Positions 9,406 through 18,946 are shown, counted from the stretch's first letter. The stretch: DNA of 64,000 bases from Candidatus Babelota bacterium (GCA_018817025.1 JAHIUU010000006.1:251909-315908); one strand, 5' to 3'. Translations and numbers: made by a program. Notes: generated by a model from the letters alone, not told the origin.

Positions 9406-11226
9406 ATGAGAGTGAGAGGCAAGAAGAATTTGCTTGTTATCGCTGCGATAACGATGCTATTTGGTACGTTGGTTGCAACGGAGTTTCGTTCGCCACTAAT
9501 TATTGAACGAGGACCGATGCGGTATGTGTTTGAGGAGTGGGGGGAGTCCGATTGTGGCCTAAAGGTATGGTCTTCCTGTTTTACACGAGAGTCCCATAAA
9601 GCGTTTTTATCTCATGGAACCAGTACGTATCCATTGAGTACGTTGTTCTTTAATAAGTCCTGCTTTAATTTGAGCGAGATTTTTCCTAATTCATACGTTG
9701 ATCCGGCAACTCAGTACTATTCACCGTATCTTGGGGTTACCCAATTAAAGCCTCGTATAACTTATTACGAAAAGGGGGTATCGCTTGGTGCTCGCTGGGC
9801 GCATCCTGTTTACAAAAACAAGGGTAGAGTTGGATTGCGGATTCAGGTTCCGTTTAGAAGCGTAGAAATTGAGCGAGAAGATCACGGCGACAAAGATACG
9901 AATCAACTTGATGATCTTATGACTGGTGAGATTGTTGATAGAGCCGGAACGCCAGCCCCTGCGACCGATGTGTATGCCCGAGCAATTAGATTAGATTTTT
10001 TGCAAAGTTTGCCGTATCAAGATACTGGGGAACTAATTTTTGGATTTGTTGGTACGTCGCCTAGAGTTTTGGGAGACGATGCTATTTTGTGGGATACTGC
10101 TGCACCAGCAACCGTTGGTAAGCGGGTTGGTGTTGTAATTCAGGCCGATGTGGGAGCGGCTCCAAGATCGCCAGATAGATTCTTGGGGATTCACCAAAAT
10201 CCTTCGGCGGCTCCAGCCGTTACGCCGGTTCCAACAGCTTTGGGTGAAAATGGTGCCATAAGTGATGATAAGCAGTTTTATTTTGCAAGTGGGGCTGATT
10301 ATAGTGCTTTGAATGTTAATACTGGATCTGCATCTGAGAAGGCGGCGGCGCAACAGAAAGCTTCGCAGTTGTGGGTTACCTCTGTTCATGAAACCGGTGC
10401 AGACAATATTCCGGGCCTAAGTAGTGGTTCTAAACTGATGTGGGATAGAATCGATTGGGTTTTAAATAACTACAACGATAACGTATTTGAGTGGCTTGAT
10501 GATCGAGGGTTTGAGTTTGCGACTCATCGTCGTTGTGGGATTGGTGATGTCGATCTTGACCTGTTCTATGAGCATCAATTCAATGATGATGCTGCTGGTG
10601 AAGTTATGATTGGCGTTCGCTTTCCAACCGGCGCAAGTGACAACTATTGTTGCAATCCGTATCGCGCGCAGATGGGTAATGGCGAACACTGGGAGATAAA
10701 GCTTGGTGGTATGATTGCCTGGCAGCCAATTGATTGGCTGAACGTCAAGGTTGATGGACGTTATTCGTTCGTGCTTAGTGATGATGAAAGACGTATGGCG
10801 GCGTTCAAGGGTGCGTGCGTAAAGAATATCGGTCCGTGTGTTAAAGCTAAGGTGAGCTGGGAGTATTTTGTTGGGACGGTTGACTTAAACCTGTTTCACC
10901 CAAAGACCGATGCGATCTCTTTTGTTCTAGGCTATGAGTTCTATTATAAGACAAAAGACAGTATTGACTTTAAGTGTCGGACGATAGAGTCATGGTTAGG
11001 GAACAAGTGGGATAGTGACACGTCGGCGTGGGTCGAGAATAAGCAGACGCTTGATCACTGTGTTGCAGAGAGGTATACCGATGCGATTACGCACAAAATT
11101 CGATTGGAAACCTCGTTCAGAATAAATAAGTATTTTGAGCTGTTCTGCGGCGGGGCCTACACGATTGCCGGGCGTAATGCGCCACGCGATTGCGACGGTT
11201 TCGGAGGGTTTGTTGTAACATTCTAA
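9406..11226 (+). CDS. Probable outer-membrane beta-barrel protein (COG4313/SphA-like motif, divergent)
   Basis: ATG 9406 with RBS GGGAG and signal peptide MRVRGKKNLLVIAAITMLFGTLVA. Alternating amphipathic strands, GIGDVDL...GVRFPTG motif, C-terminal GGFVVTF ending in Phe. Confidence 0.65.
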   Translation: MRVRGKKNLLVIAAITMLFGTLVATEFRSPLIIERGPMRYVFEEWGESDCGLKVWSSCFTRESHKAFLSHGTSTYPLSTLFFNKSCFNLSEIFPNSYVDPATQYYSPYLGVTQLKPRITYYEKGVSLGARWAHPVYKNKGRVGLRIQVPFRSVEIEREDHGDKDTNQLDDLMTGEIVDRAGTPAPATDVYARAIRLDFLQSLPYQDTGELIFGFVGTSPRVLGDDAILWDTAAPATVGKRVGVVIQADVGAAPRSPDRFLGIHQNPSAAPAVTPVPTALGENGAISDDKQFYFASGADYSALNVNTGSASEKAAAQQKASQLWVTSVHETGADNIPGLSSGSKLMWDRIDWVLNNYNDNVFEWLDDRGFEFATHRRCGIGDVDLDLFYEHQFNDDAAGEVMIGVRFPTGASDNYCCNPYRAQMGNGEHWEIKLGGMIAWQPIDWLNVKVDGRYSFVLSDDERRMAAFKGACVKNIGPCVKAKVSWEYFVGTVDLNLFHPKTDAISFVLGYEFYYKTKDSIDFKCRTIESWLGNKWDSDTSAWVENKQTLDHCVAERYTDAITHKIRLETSFRINKYFELFCGGAYTIAGRNAPRDCDGFGGFVVTF

Positions 11227-11247
11227 AACAGAATAATTTCGTACTGT

Positions 11248-11287
11248 AAAAAGAAAAGGTGAGATTCAATTCTCACCTTTTCTTTTT
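11248..11287 (+). terminator. Rho-independent terminator
   Basis: Perfect 17-bp inverted repeat AAAAAGAAAAGGTGAGA-ttcaat-TCTCACCTTTTCTTTTT just after the barrel stop. Confidence 0.9.
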
Positions 11288-11352
11288 GTTTTTTGTCAAA
11301 ATTTGATTTCTCATTGGGATACTATAACCTATCAGTCTTATGTGGTAAGTAG

Positions 11353-11610
11353 GTGAGACACACGGGGGAATGTGTGAAATACGAAGATACGATTCTAGAA
11401 ATCATCAAAAAATATGTTCCAAAAAGCAAAGTATATCTTTTTGGCTCTGGGGCCCACAAAACTCATACGCCTGGATCTGGTATCGATCTTGCGATTGATG
11501 CTGGAGAGGAGATCCGTCGAGAAGAAATAAAAGAAAAAAACATTCCATTGGAATTAAAGCATAACGTTTCAGTTATAACAAGATTTTTACGTAATCAGAA
11601 AGGTTTTTGA
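11353..11610 (+). pseudogene. Degenerate minimal nucleotidyltransferase (MNT), orphan
   Basis: KVYLFGSGAH...SGIDLAID against the canonical LFGSRARG...SDIDL: the first catalytic Asp is Gly and the C-terminal half looks shortened. No HEPN partner adjacent. Confidence 0.6.
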
Positions 11611-12239
11611 TGTCAAAATTACAAGCGATTGTTGAGCAGACAGAGTTGCTTCTTAAGAAGCAAAAAGAGGTTATGGATTTTTATAAAAATGAGTTTGTTT
11701 CTTTATACAGTCTTCTTGAGTCTGAACAGGAGAAGGCTGAAAAGAAGAAATCTGGTGAAGACCTGACGTCTTTTCAAAATGTTTATCACATGCTTTCTCA
11801 GTACGAAAAAGATGCAATTGAGTACATTAAAGAAGAGATTGAGTTCTTGGAAGAGCAGCTACGTCTTTTTGATGAGGTGAAGAAGCTTCCGGATGAAGAT
11901 AAGCAAGAAGAGATTGTAGCAACGATGCTTGAGGGGGCTGATGAGTTAGTCGAAACAGAGCGATTTGAAGCAGACATCGAAGCAGAAGTCGAAGAGGTTA
12001 AGGCTGAGTATCGGGCGAAAATCGATGACATCAAAAGTGCGCTTATTGAAGATGGTGTTAAGGAGCTTGAGGTATTGCTCGAGGCGTATATTGCGGCGCA
12101 AGAAGCTGAAGAAGATGATGAAGATGAGGAAGATGAGTTGTGCTGTGGTGGAAGCGAATCAGATTGTTCGTCATGTGAAAGTTGCTGTGGCATCAATATT
12201 TTTGAGGGACTAGAAGATGATGCAGGCAAAGACGAGTAA
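11607..12239 (+). CDS. Acidic coiled-coil hypothetical protein with Cys-rich C-terminal motif
   Basis: 210 aa, very E/D/K rich, tail EEDDEDEEDELCCGGSESDCSSCESCCG. Confidence 0.8.
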   Translation: MMSKLQAIVEQTELLLKKQKEVMDFYKNEFVSLYSLLESEQEKAEKKKSGEDLTSFQNVYHMLSQYEKDAIEYIKEEIEFLEEQLRLFDEVKKLPDEDKQEEIVATMLEGADELVETERFEADIEAEVEEVKAEYRAKIDDIKSALIEDGVKELEVLLEAYIAAQEAEEDDEDEEDELCCGGSESDCSSCESCCGINIFEGLEDDAGKDE

Positions 12240-12305
12240 AAAGAAAACTTTGTGTTGCACGGTTGGTATGATAAAATCTAAATTCGTTACTAACGTAGGA
12301 GAGCG

Positions 12306-12509
12306 ATGGAGCAAATAAAAAAGGTGACGATATCGCCAGGGTGTATCTCTTGTGGTACCTGTGAGGTTGTTTGTCCAGAGGTTTTTTATATCAAAGATGT
12401 CTCTTGTGTTAAGGATGGCGTTGATATCACGCAGCACGAGGGGTGCATAAAGGAAGCGGCGCAGATGTGTCCAGTTCAGGTGATTGAGATTGTTTTGGAG
12501 GAGTCCTGA
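12306..12509 (+). CDS. Single-cluster ferredoxin
   Basis: CISCGTCEVVCP plus a distal CP; RBS AGGAG. Confidence 0.9.
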   Translation: MEQIKKVTISPGCISCGTCEVVCPEVFYIKDVSCVKDGVDITQHEGCIKEAAQMCPVQVIEIVLEES

Positions 12510-12637
12510 GTTTGGGATATGCCGTATGGGAATTGACAATATGATTGATTTTGGTTGGCGTTTGAAGCGATTGCATTTGAAACTACTTATACATGAGATA
12601 GCAAAAGGTGGTACGTAAAAAATGTGTGGGAGTTGCC

Positions 12638-14245
12638 ATGGGTGTGGTATCGAGGTTGAAAGATAGCTTGGTTGGGCGGAAAAGGGGTCTTGAGGTAACG
12701 TTTTACGATGAGATAAAGGAGCGTTTTTCTTGGAGCGGGGGACTTTTACACGTTTCTGATTTTCTAAGGCGTGCGTTCCAAATGTATTCAAATAATGTTG
12801 CTCTCATTGGGACGGATCGGACGCTTACGTATAAAGAACTTTATTTTCGATCGTTGCAGGTTGCCCATCTTCTCAAACAAAATGGGATTACCTCTCGCGA
12901 TCACGTACTACTCTACTGTGAGAATTCAGTAGAGTTTTATATTTTTTACTATGCGATTTGGTTAAGGGGTGCCGTTGCGGTTCCTATAAACATTTTTTTA
13001 CATGAAAAAGAGCTCGCTTATATCATTAAAGATTCTGAGTCGCGCGCGATTCTTACGCTATCTTCGCGTGTGGAAAAATTAGAAGCTCTTTCTGGGAACG
13101 ATCTGCTTGAAAAATTGCCACTGGTGCTTACCGAAAAAGATATTGATTGGAGTGAGTCTGCTCCATGCAGTATGCGTAGTGCCGACGATCCGTTTGCTGA
13201 TCAAGCTTTGGGTATCGATGCGCTTGCTTTGTTGCTGTACACCTCTGGAACGACTGGCGTTCCTAAAGGGGTTATGCTTTCTTCTAGAAATATTTTAACG
13301 AACAGCATGCAAGATTACGCACGGTTACGCATGTTTTCTGATGAGAGAGAGCGTTTTCTTGCGGTTCTTCCCCTGTTTCATGTCTTTGCGCAAAACACGT
13401 GCATGTGGCTTCCTCTTTTGACCGGTTCGGTGGTAATTGTTGTTCCTCGAATTGAGCGACGATATATTTTGGATGGATTGCGAAAGAAACCGACGCTGTT
13501 TTTTGGTTTTCCTGCGTTATATGGGTTGCTTTGTCTTATGAAGACGGCGCCCCTTGAGTCGATAAAGCGGTTTGTTTCTGGCGCCGATGCGATGCCAGAC
13601 AAGATTCGGGTTGCCTTTGCAATGATCTATGGGCGAAAAATTTGTTCAGGGTATGGGCTAACAGAAGCGGCCCCTGTTATTGCTATTAATCATGATAATG
13701 AGAGTTTACTAACCAATGTGGTTGGGCGACCAGTTGTTGGTATTGATTGTGAGATTCGCGATGATTCTGGAAAGTGTCTAGCTTCAGGAGAGATTGGCGA
13801 CTTATGGGTGCGTGGCGATAACGTGATGCTTGGCTATTATAAAGCCCCAGAAGAGACGGCGAAGGTGCTTAAGGATGGCTGGTTGAATACGGGAGATCTT
13901 GCTTCTTTCGATGAGAATGGCAACCTGGCCATTCAGGGTCGGAGTAAAGACCTGATAATTCATAAGGGATTTAATATTTACCCACAAGAAGTTGAGAATG
14001 TTTTAATGTCGCATCCAGCAGTGTTTAAGGCTGCGGTTATCGGGAGGAATGAAGCGGTTGTTGGGCAGGTACCCATTGCGTTTATCGCAACACGGGATGA
14101 TAAGGATCGTATAGAACAGTCTTTAAGGGCGCTGTGTTCTGATAACTTGGCTTCGTACAAGATTCCTCGCAAGTTTATTTGTCTTGATGATTTGCCAATG
14201 AGCCCGACCGGAAAGATTGATAAAAAACAGTTACAGATGAGGTGA
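12638..14245 (+). CDS. Long-chain fatty-acid--CoA ligase (AMP-binding family)
   Basis: YTSGTTGVPKG, GYGLTE, WLNTGDL, GRSKDLI, YPQEVE, terminal GKIDK; RBS GGGAG before ATG 12638. Confidence 0.9.
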   Translation: MGVVSRLKDSLVGRKRGLEVTFYDEIKERFSWSGGLLHVSDFLRRAFQMYSNNVALIGTDRTLTYKELYFRSLQVAHLLKQNGITSRDHVLLYCENSVEFYIFYYAIWLRGAVAVPINIFLHEKELAYIIKDSESRAILTLSSRVEKLEALSGNDLLEKLPLVLTEKDIDWSESAPCSMRSADDPFADQALGIDALALLLYTSGTTGVPKGVMLSSRNILTNSMQDYARLRMFSDERERFLAVLPLFHVFAQNTCMWLPLLTGSVVIVVPRIERRYILDGLRKKPTLFFGFPALYGLLCLMKTAPLESIKRFVSGADAMPDKIRVAFAMIYGRKICSGYGLTEAAPVIAINHDNESLLTNVVGRPVVGIDCEIRDDSGKCLASGEIGDLWVRGDNVMLGYYKAPEETAKVLKDGWLNTGDLASFDENGNLAIQGRSKDLIIHKGFNIYPQEVENVLMSHPAVFKAAVIGRNEAVVGQVPIAFIATRDDKDRIEQSLRALCSDNLASYKIPRKFICLDDLPMSPTGKIDKKQLQMR

Positions 14246-14255
14246 TGTCGATACT

Positions 14256-15512
14256 ATGTCTTTGTTATATATAGAAGTTTTTATTTTCTTTGGAGCATTG
14301 TTATTTGCTGCGTTGTTTGCTTTTTTGGAAACATCGTTTACTGCGTTGCGTCTTTTTAAAATGCGAGAGCTAGAGACGAGTGTTTCAAAATATAAAGCGT
14401 TATTTGAAGCGTGGGAGAAAAAGCCTCAGCGTATTTTGATAACTATTTTGATAGCAAATAATTTTGCACATGTTATGTGCTCGGTTTTTATTGCTGAGAT
14501 CATGCAGAAGTTGTTTGGCAATTATGGCCTTGTATTTGGTGTTGGTATTGCAACGGTTATGATTCTTATTTTTGGTGAGATTATTCCAAAAAGTTTTGCA
14601 AAGGCTCATCATGAGAAGCTGTTCAGGGCGTCGCTTTGGATGGTTAATTTTCTCTATCGCATCTTATATCCTCTCGTGACTCTTTTGTTGAAAATTGCAA
14701 ACTTTTTCTCGAATCGATTTGGGGTTCGTCTTCTTGAAAAAGGTGAAGATATTTCCGAGAAAGAGATTGAGTTTTTAATTGATTACAGTGACCAAAAGGG
14801 GATTATAGAGGCAGAAAAAAGCGAGATGCTTCAGAATATTTTTGAGCTTGGAGAAACGCCGGTAAACAAGATTATGATTCCAAGATCAGACATTATCTTG
14901 TTGGCTTCTTCAAGCAGCCTTGATGATGCTTTGAAGGTTTTTTCGGCACATCGCTATTCTCGATTGCCTATCTATGAGGTAAAAGAGGAAAATATTATTG
15001 GTTTCTTATATCACAAAGATGTATTTGAGCTTGTGCATAAAAAACAAAAGAAGCCGCTTAAAGAGCTTGTCCGACCAATTTTGTTTGTTCCAGAGACGAA
15101 GAAGTGTAATCAATTATTGAGTGAGTTTTTGAAGAAACGTATGCATATGTCGATCGTTATCAATGAATATGGAAGTGTTGTTGGGTTAGCGACGCTTGAA
15201 GACGTTATAGAAGAGATTGTTGGTGAAATCCGAGATGAACATGAAAAAGTACGTTCAAAGATCGTTCCTCTTGAGCAAGGGGGTTGGTTGATTGATGCAA
15301 GTGTAAGTTTGGACGATTTAGAGGATCTTTTAGATATTCAGTTTCCGCCAAACGGTTCGGTGACTTTGGCCGGATTTCTCAGCGGGGAACTTCAGCATCT
15401 TCCACGTAAAGGCGAGCGTCTGGTCTACAAGGGATACTGTTTTCAGGTACAGCAGGCGAGCCCGAGACGCGTTTTTCAAGTACTTGTTTTTGAAGAGGGC
15501 GAAGAAAAGTAG
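14256..15512 (+). CDS. HlyC/CorC (CNNM-DUF21 + CBS + CorC) membrane protein
   Basis: ETSFTAL, TILIANN, GEIIPK, YSRLPIY, NEYG...LEDVIEEIVGEIRDE. Confidence 0.92.
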   Translation: MSLLYIEVFIFFGALLFAALFAFLETSFTALRLFKMRELETSVSKYKALFEAWEKKPQRILITILIANNFAHVMCSVFIAEIMQKLFGNYGLVFGVGIATVMILIFGEIIPKSFAKAHHEKLFRASLWMVNFLYRILYPLVTLLLKIANFFSNRFGVRLLEKGEDISEKEIEFLIDYSDQKGIIEAEKSEMLQNIFELGETPVNKIMIPRSDIILLASSSSLDDALKVFSAHRYSRLPIYEVKEENIIGFLYHKDVFELVHKKQKKPLKELVRPILFVPETKKCNQLLSEFLKKRMHMSIVINEYGSVVGLATLEDVIEEIVGEIRDEHEKVRSKIVPLEQGGWLIDASVSLDDLEDLLDIQFPPNGSVTLAGFLSGELQHLPRKGERLVYKGYCFQVQQASPRRVFQVLVFEEGEEK

Positions 15513-16777
15513 AGAATCAGTCCTGAGAGCAGAATTGCCGTAAATGGAATCAGATACCGAACCCCATCGTGTATTAAGTCATTCAGACAAAGCAGAAGCA
15601 GGACAGAACTTCCGACAAGCGCAAGAGAGCCCATTGTAATTCTAGTTATGCCATTCGGCGCGACTATAAAATAGGTAAGAACGCTTAATAAATAGGCTAT
15701 CACAACACCAAACGTACTCATTGGTATGAGTGTCAGAGGACTTTTTAGGGCAACAAGCAATAACAATAGAACAAGTGTTCCCTGGAGAATAATGCAAGTC
15801 CAGGGCGTATGATATTTGTTTAGTTTTGTAAGTGTTTTTGAAAATAAAATCTTTTTTTCTTTTGCGATTGCATATAGATTCCATGAGTTTGCATAATACA
15901 TGCCATAAAATCCGCCAATATACGAAGATAGAATTGCGAACTTGATCGTCAGGTTTCCCCATGAAATAATTGTTGCGTTATTTGTAAGTTTTGGGACGAT
16001 CTCGAAAAACGGGTTGTTTGTTTGTGCGCCAAGAATTCCCAGCAAGCCAAACTGTACAAGTGCGTATGTCGCTATGATTATGCCCAATGATATTAGCATG
16101 GCTCGAGCGGCATTTCGTTTGCCGTCTTGAATCTTATGGGTGATTGCGCAACAGGCTTCGATGCCGAGATAGGCGAACAGAACGATTGGCATGCTTTCAA
16201 AAATGCCAGATGGTTTTATTGGAGCTGCGATTACGTTTTTTATGTCGAACAGAAAGAACATTCCAACGATAACTAATCCAAACGGGATCATTTTGAGAAT
16301 GGTGAATCCTACGTGTATTTTTTCCAGTATCGTAATGTTTAGGAGGTTCAGAATAGTAAAGAGTATTATGAACGTTGTGTCGAACGAAAATTGTGCTATG
16401 TGTGGTGGAAGATAATGAGCAAAGGGGATGGAGAAGCCCATCTGCTTGGTGAGTTTGCTAAAAAAGTGCAGGATAAGCGCATTTCCGGCAAGTGTTCCAA
16501 CGAAGTAGCTCCAGCCACTAATAAAGCCCCAGAAATCACCAAGGTTTTTTTTACTATAGACGTATAGACCACCAGCCTGAGGGTATAGTCGTGAGAGGTG
16601 TGAGAGAACCACGACGAGTGGGAGCAAAAGGAGACCACAAAAAATCCAAGTGAGCGGCGCAAGCGCTCCGCTCACTTGAAAGATATTGCTTGCGCTGATG
16701 AAAAAACCTCCTCCAACAACGATATTAATGTTAATCAAGACCGCTGCCCACAAAGGAAGTTTTTTGATTATAGTCAC
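15476..16777 (-). CDS. APC-family amino acid permease
   Basis: ININIVVGGGFF, YPQAGGLYVY, FAYLGIE, many TM helices; GTG start just after the upstream stop. Confidence 0.88.
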   Translation of the reverse strand: MTIIKKLPLWAAVLININIVVGGGFFISASNIFQVSGALAPLTWIFCGLLLLPLVVVLSHLSRLYPQAGGLYVYSKKNLGDFWGFISGWSYFVGTLAGNALILHFFSKLTKQMGFSIPFAHYLPPHIAQFSFDTTFIILFTILNLLNITILEKIHVGFTILKMIPFGLVIVGMFFLFDIKNVIAAPIKPSGIFESMPIVLFAYLGIEACCAITHKIQDGKRNAARAMLISLGIIIATYALVQFGLLGILGAQTNNPFFEIVPKLTNNATIISWGNLTIKFAILSSYIGGFYGMYYANSWNLYAIAKEKKILFSKTLTKLNKYHTPWTCIILQGTLVLLLLLVALKSPLTLIPMSTFGVVIAYLLSVLTYFIVAPNGITRITMGSLALVGSSVLLLLCLNDLIHDGVRYLIPFTAILLSGLILYFSSPSSKTST

Positions 16778-16778
16778 G

Positions 16779-18077
16779 TTATTGCCCTGTAGCAGCCGTA
16801 CGCTTTTTGTATTGATACATAGCATAACCGATAGCAAATCCGGCTAACAGTGGGAGCGTTGATACGAATTTCATAAGATGTGTTGCTCCTAGTCCCTTAT
16901 CCATCCAGCTTGCATGGGTGAAGTATCCCAGTGAAATGAACGCAAGTATGGTCATGCCTATTTGTTTGGTTTGGCCCATTCGTCTTTGTAGTTTAAATAG
17001 CGCGATAAGCGTCAAAAAGAACGCTGTGAGTATGCCTAAGTTGATGACTGCGATAAAGATAGACTTGTTGCTGGTGGTACAGGTGATGATAAAGGTCAAA
17101 ATACCTTGGATAATAATTGCAACCCATGGCCTGTGCTGTTTGCTTTGTTTGATAAGTGCTTGAGAGTAGGGCAGTATATTTTCGTGAGCCATTGCTTGCA
17201 GGGTTGAAGAGACTGCGGTGAATATGCTGAAAACGGCATTGATAAAAACAAACGCGATTGTAACGGTTATAAATGTTGAAAAGAGTGCCTGTGCATATGG
17301 CGATAGGCCAAGGAAATAAACAAAATCTTTGGCGCTTCCAGCAGCGGCGAGGTTTTTTGCTCCCATGATGTGTAGGATGCCGAAGTGGAACAACGAGTAA
17401 AGAACCATGATGATTCCGAAGGCAAGCAGAATGGCGCGAGAAGCGCTGTTCTTATCTCCCTCGATTAGGTGACTGATTGTACAGCAGACTTCAAAGCCCC
17501 AGTAGCCGAAAAGCGCGAACGGGACGACCGAAGGAACGTTTCCAAGACTTGGCAGTGTGATATGGAACGCGGGGTTCCAGTAAGCAATAAATACTGCCAG
17601 GACGATAAGAAGAGGGAGAATTTTAAAGATCGTTCCAGCGTTTTGGATTCGACCGATTGTTTTGATATTCAAAAGCGACAAGAGTGATATCGTTGTGATG
17701 AAGAGTAGGTTGAATAGTACTGGGTTCATGGGAAAGTGAGGAAGTATAACGTCATCACGGAGTGCGATAGTCATGAATGCGCCAACACCTGTGTAGCCTA
17801 GGTAGTAGCCCCATCCACTAAAAAATCCTGCGTTAGGGCCAATAATGTTTTTGGCGTAGCTGTAAAAGCTTCCAGCACCAGGAAAGAGTCTAGCCATGGC
17901 AGCGACACTCAGAACGATCGGTAGCACGACAAGCGCTACGAGTGGCCAGCCGAGGAAACTTGCGTATCCGGCGCGTTGTGTCATGAGTGGTGGAAGAATG
18001 AATATTCCTATGCCGACCATAATGTTGATGTTCATCAAAACAGCTGTCCAGAAAGATATTTTGTGCGTCTGATCCAT
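16779..18077 (-). CDS. APC-family amino acid permease
   Basis: MNINIMVGIGIF, FPGAGSFYSY, FGYWGFE; tandem paralog of the neighbouring gene. Confidence 0.88.
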   Translation of the reverse strand: MDQTHKISFWTAVLMNINIMVGIGIFILPPLMTQRAGYASFLGWPLVALVVLPIVLSVAAMARLFPGAGSFYSYAKNIIGPNAGFFSGWGYYLGYTGVGAFMTIALRDDVILPHFPMNPVLFNLLFITTISLLSLLNIKTIGRIQNAGTIFKILPLLIVLAVFIAYWNPAFHITLPSLGNVPSVVPFALFGYWGFEVCCTISHLIEGDKNSASRAILLAFGIIMVLYSLFHFGILHIMGAKNLAAAGSAKDFVYFLGLSPYAQALFSTFITVTIAFVFINAVFSIFTAVSSTLQAMAHENILPYSQALIKQSKQHRPWVAIIIQGILTFIITCTTSNKSIFIAVINLGILTAFFLTLIALFKLQRRMGQTKQIGMTILAFISLGYFTHASWMDKGLGATHLMKFVSTLPLLAGFAIGYAMYQYKKRTAATGQ

Positions 18078-18133
18078 GGCAAACCCTTTATTTTGGTTGA
18101 GAAACTATAAGCTAATAGCTTACTTCAAGAGGG

Positions 18134-18946
18134 CTATGGTTGCAATGGGCTTCTGTTCCATTCGGGGAGGAATGTAAATGAGGCAAGAAGTTTTTTGGGA
18201 AGCTGTTGGTACAGATTGTTTTTTTTGCTTATTAATGCACCCCCATGTTTTGCTTCAATCAAGAGTGGCAAGTCCGCCATGAAACTGTTATCAGAATAGA
18301 TAAATTGAAGCGTGTAGTGGTCGTACCCCTCTCGACGAAGGAGTGTTTTTAGGAAACGATTTTTTCCAGAGCCGACACAAGGTTGCACCTTATTGTCTTC
18401 TAGTATGGTTCCTTGGATGAAGAAGCGTTTTTTCCATGCAAGATTTTCTTCGTCTAGTTGCTCGCAGAGCTTTTCAAAGAGTGGATCAAGGAGCTCTTGA
18501 ACGCTTCCTGAAAGTAGGACGACAACGGTGTTTTTGTTTCTGAGGTGGTGTTTGATTTTATGAAAACCTTGTGTATAGAGATGTGTTCTGAAGAAACTGT
18601 GTGAAAAAATGGAATGAGCCTTTTTCTGCAGTTTCTTTCCCAACAAATCGAGGGTTTTTAAAGTTTCAAAGAGGGCTTGATAAAATTTTTTTATTGTCCG
18701 ACATATATTTTCGTCAAGATGGTATATATTGCCGCTGCCACTTTCAAGCATGACATCGTTTGTCATTTGTGGGAGTTGCCTGAACAGCAGGATGGCTCCT
18801 CGGATTAGGAGTATGAAGCAGGTTCGAAAGAAGTAGAACTTTTCTCTGACTAAGCATTTTAAAAAGAAAAATGTTAAATTTCCCCGAATAAGCGTGTTGT
18901 CAACATCGAAGACAATGACATTAGTGACATTCGTCTGTTTTCTCAT
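18134..18946 (-). CDS. HAD-superfamily (IB-like) hydrolase
   Basis: Motif I FDVDNT, motif II LSGS, motif III K, YSDN...DLPLL. Confidence 0.75.
   Translation of the reverse strand: MRKQTNVTNVIVFDVDNTLIRGNLTFFFLKCLVREKFYFFRTCFILLIRGAILLFRQLPQMTNDVMLESGSGNIYHLDENICRTIKKFYQALFETLKTLDLLGKKLQKKAHSIFSHSFFRTHLYTQGFHKIKHHLRNKNTVVVLLSGSVQELLDPLFEKLCEQLDEENLAWKKRFFIQGTILEDNKVQPCVGSGKNRFLKTLLRREGYDHYTLQFIYSDNSFMADLPLLIEAKHGGALISKKNNLYQQLPKKLLASFTFLPEWNRSPLQP

Noticed and set aside
11798-12229. 143-aa Ser-rich minus-strand ORF
   Set aside because: Antisense shadow of the Glu/Asp-rich gene; GAA/GAT codons read as Ser/Ile/Phe on the other strand.
11353-12239. MNT plus downstream gene as an MNT-HEPN toxin-antitoxin pair
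   Set aside because: The downstream protein has no Rx4-6H HEPN motif and is an acidic coiled coil.
12210-12791. 193-aa minus-strand ORF
   Set aside because: Overlaps the ferredoxin and the ligase start antisense; no motif or RBS.
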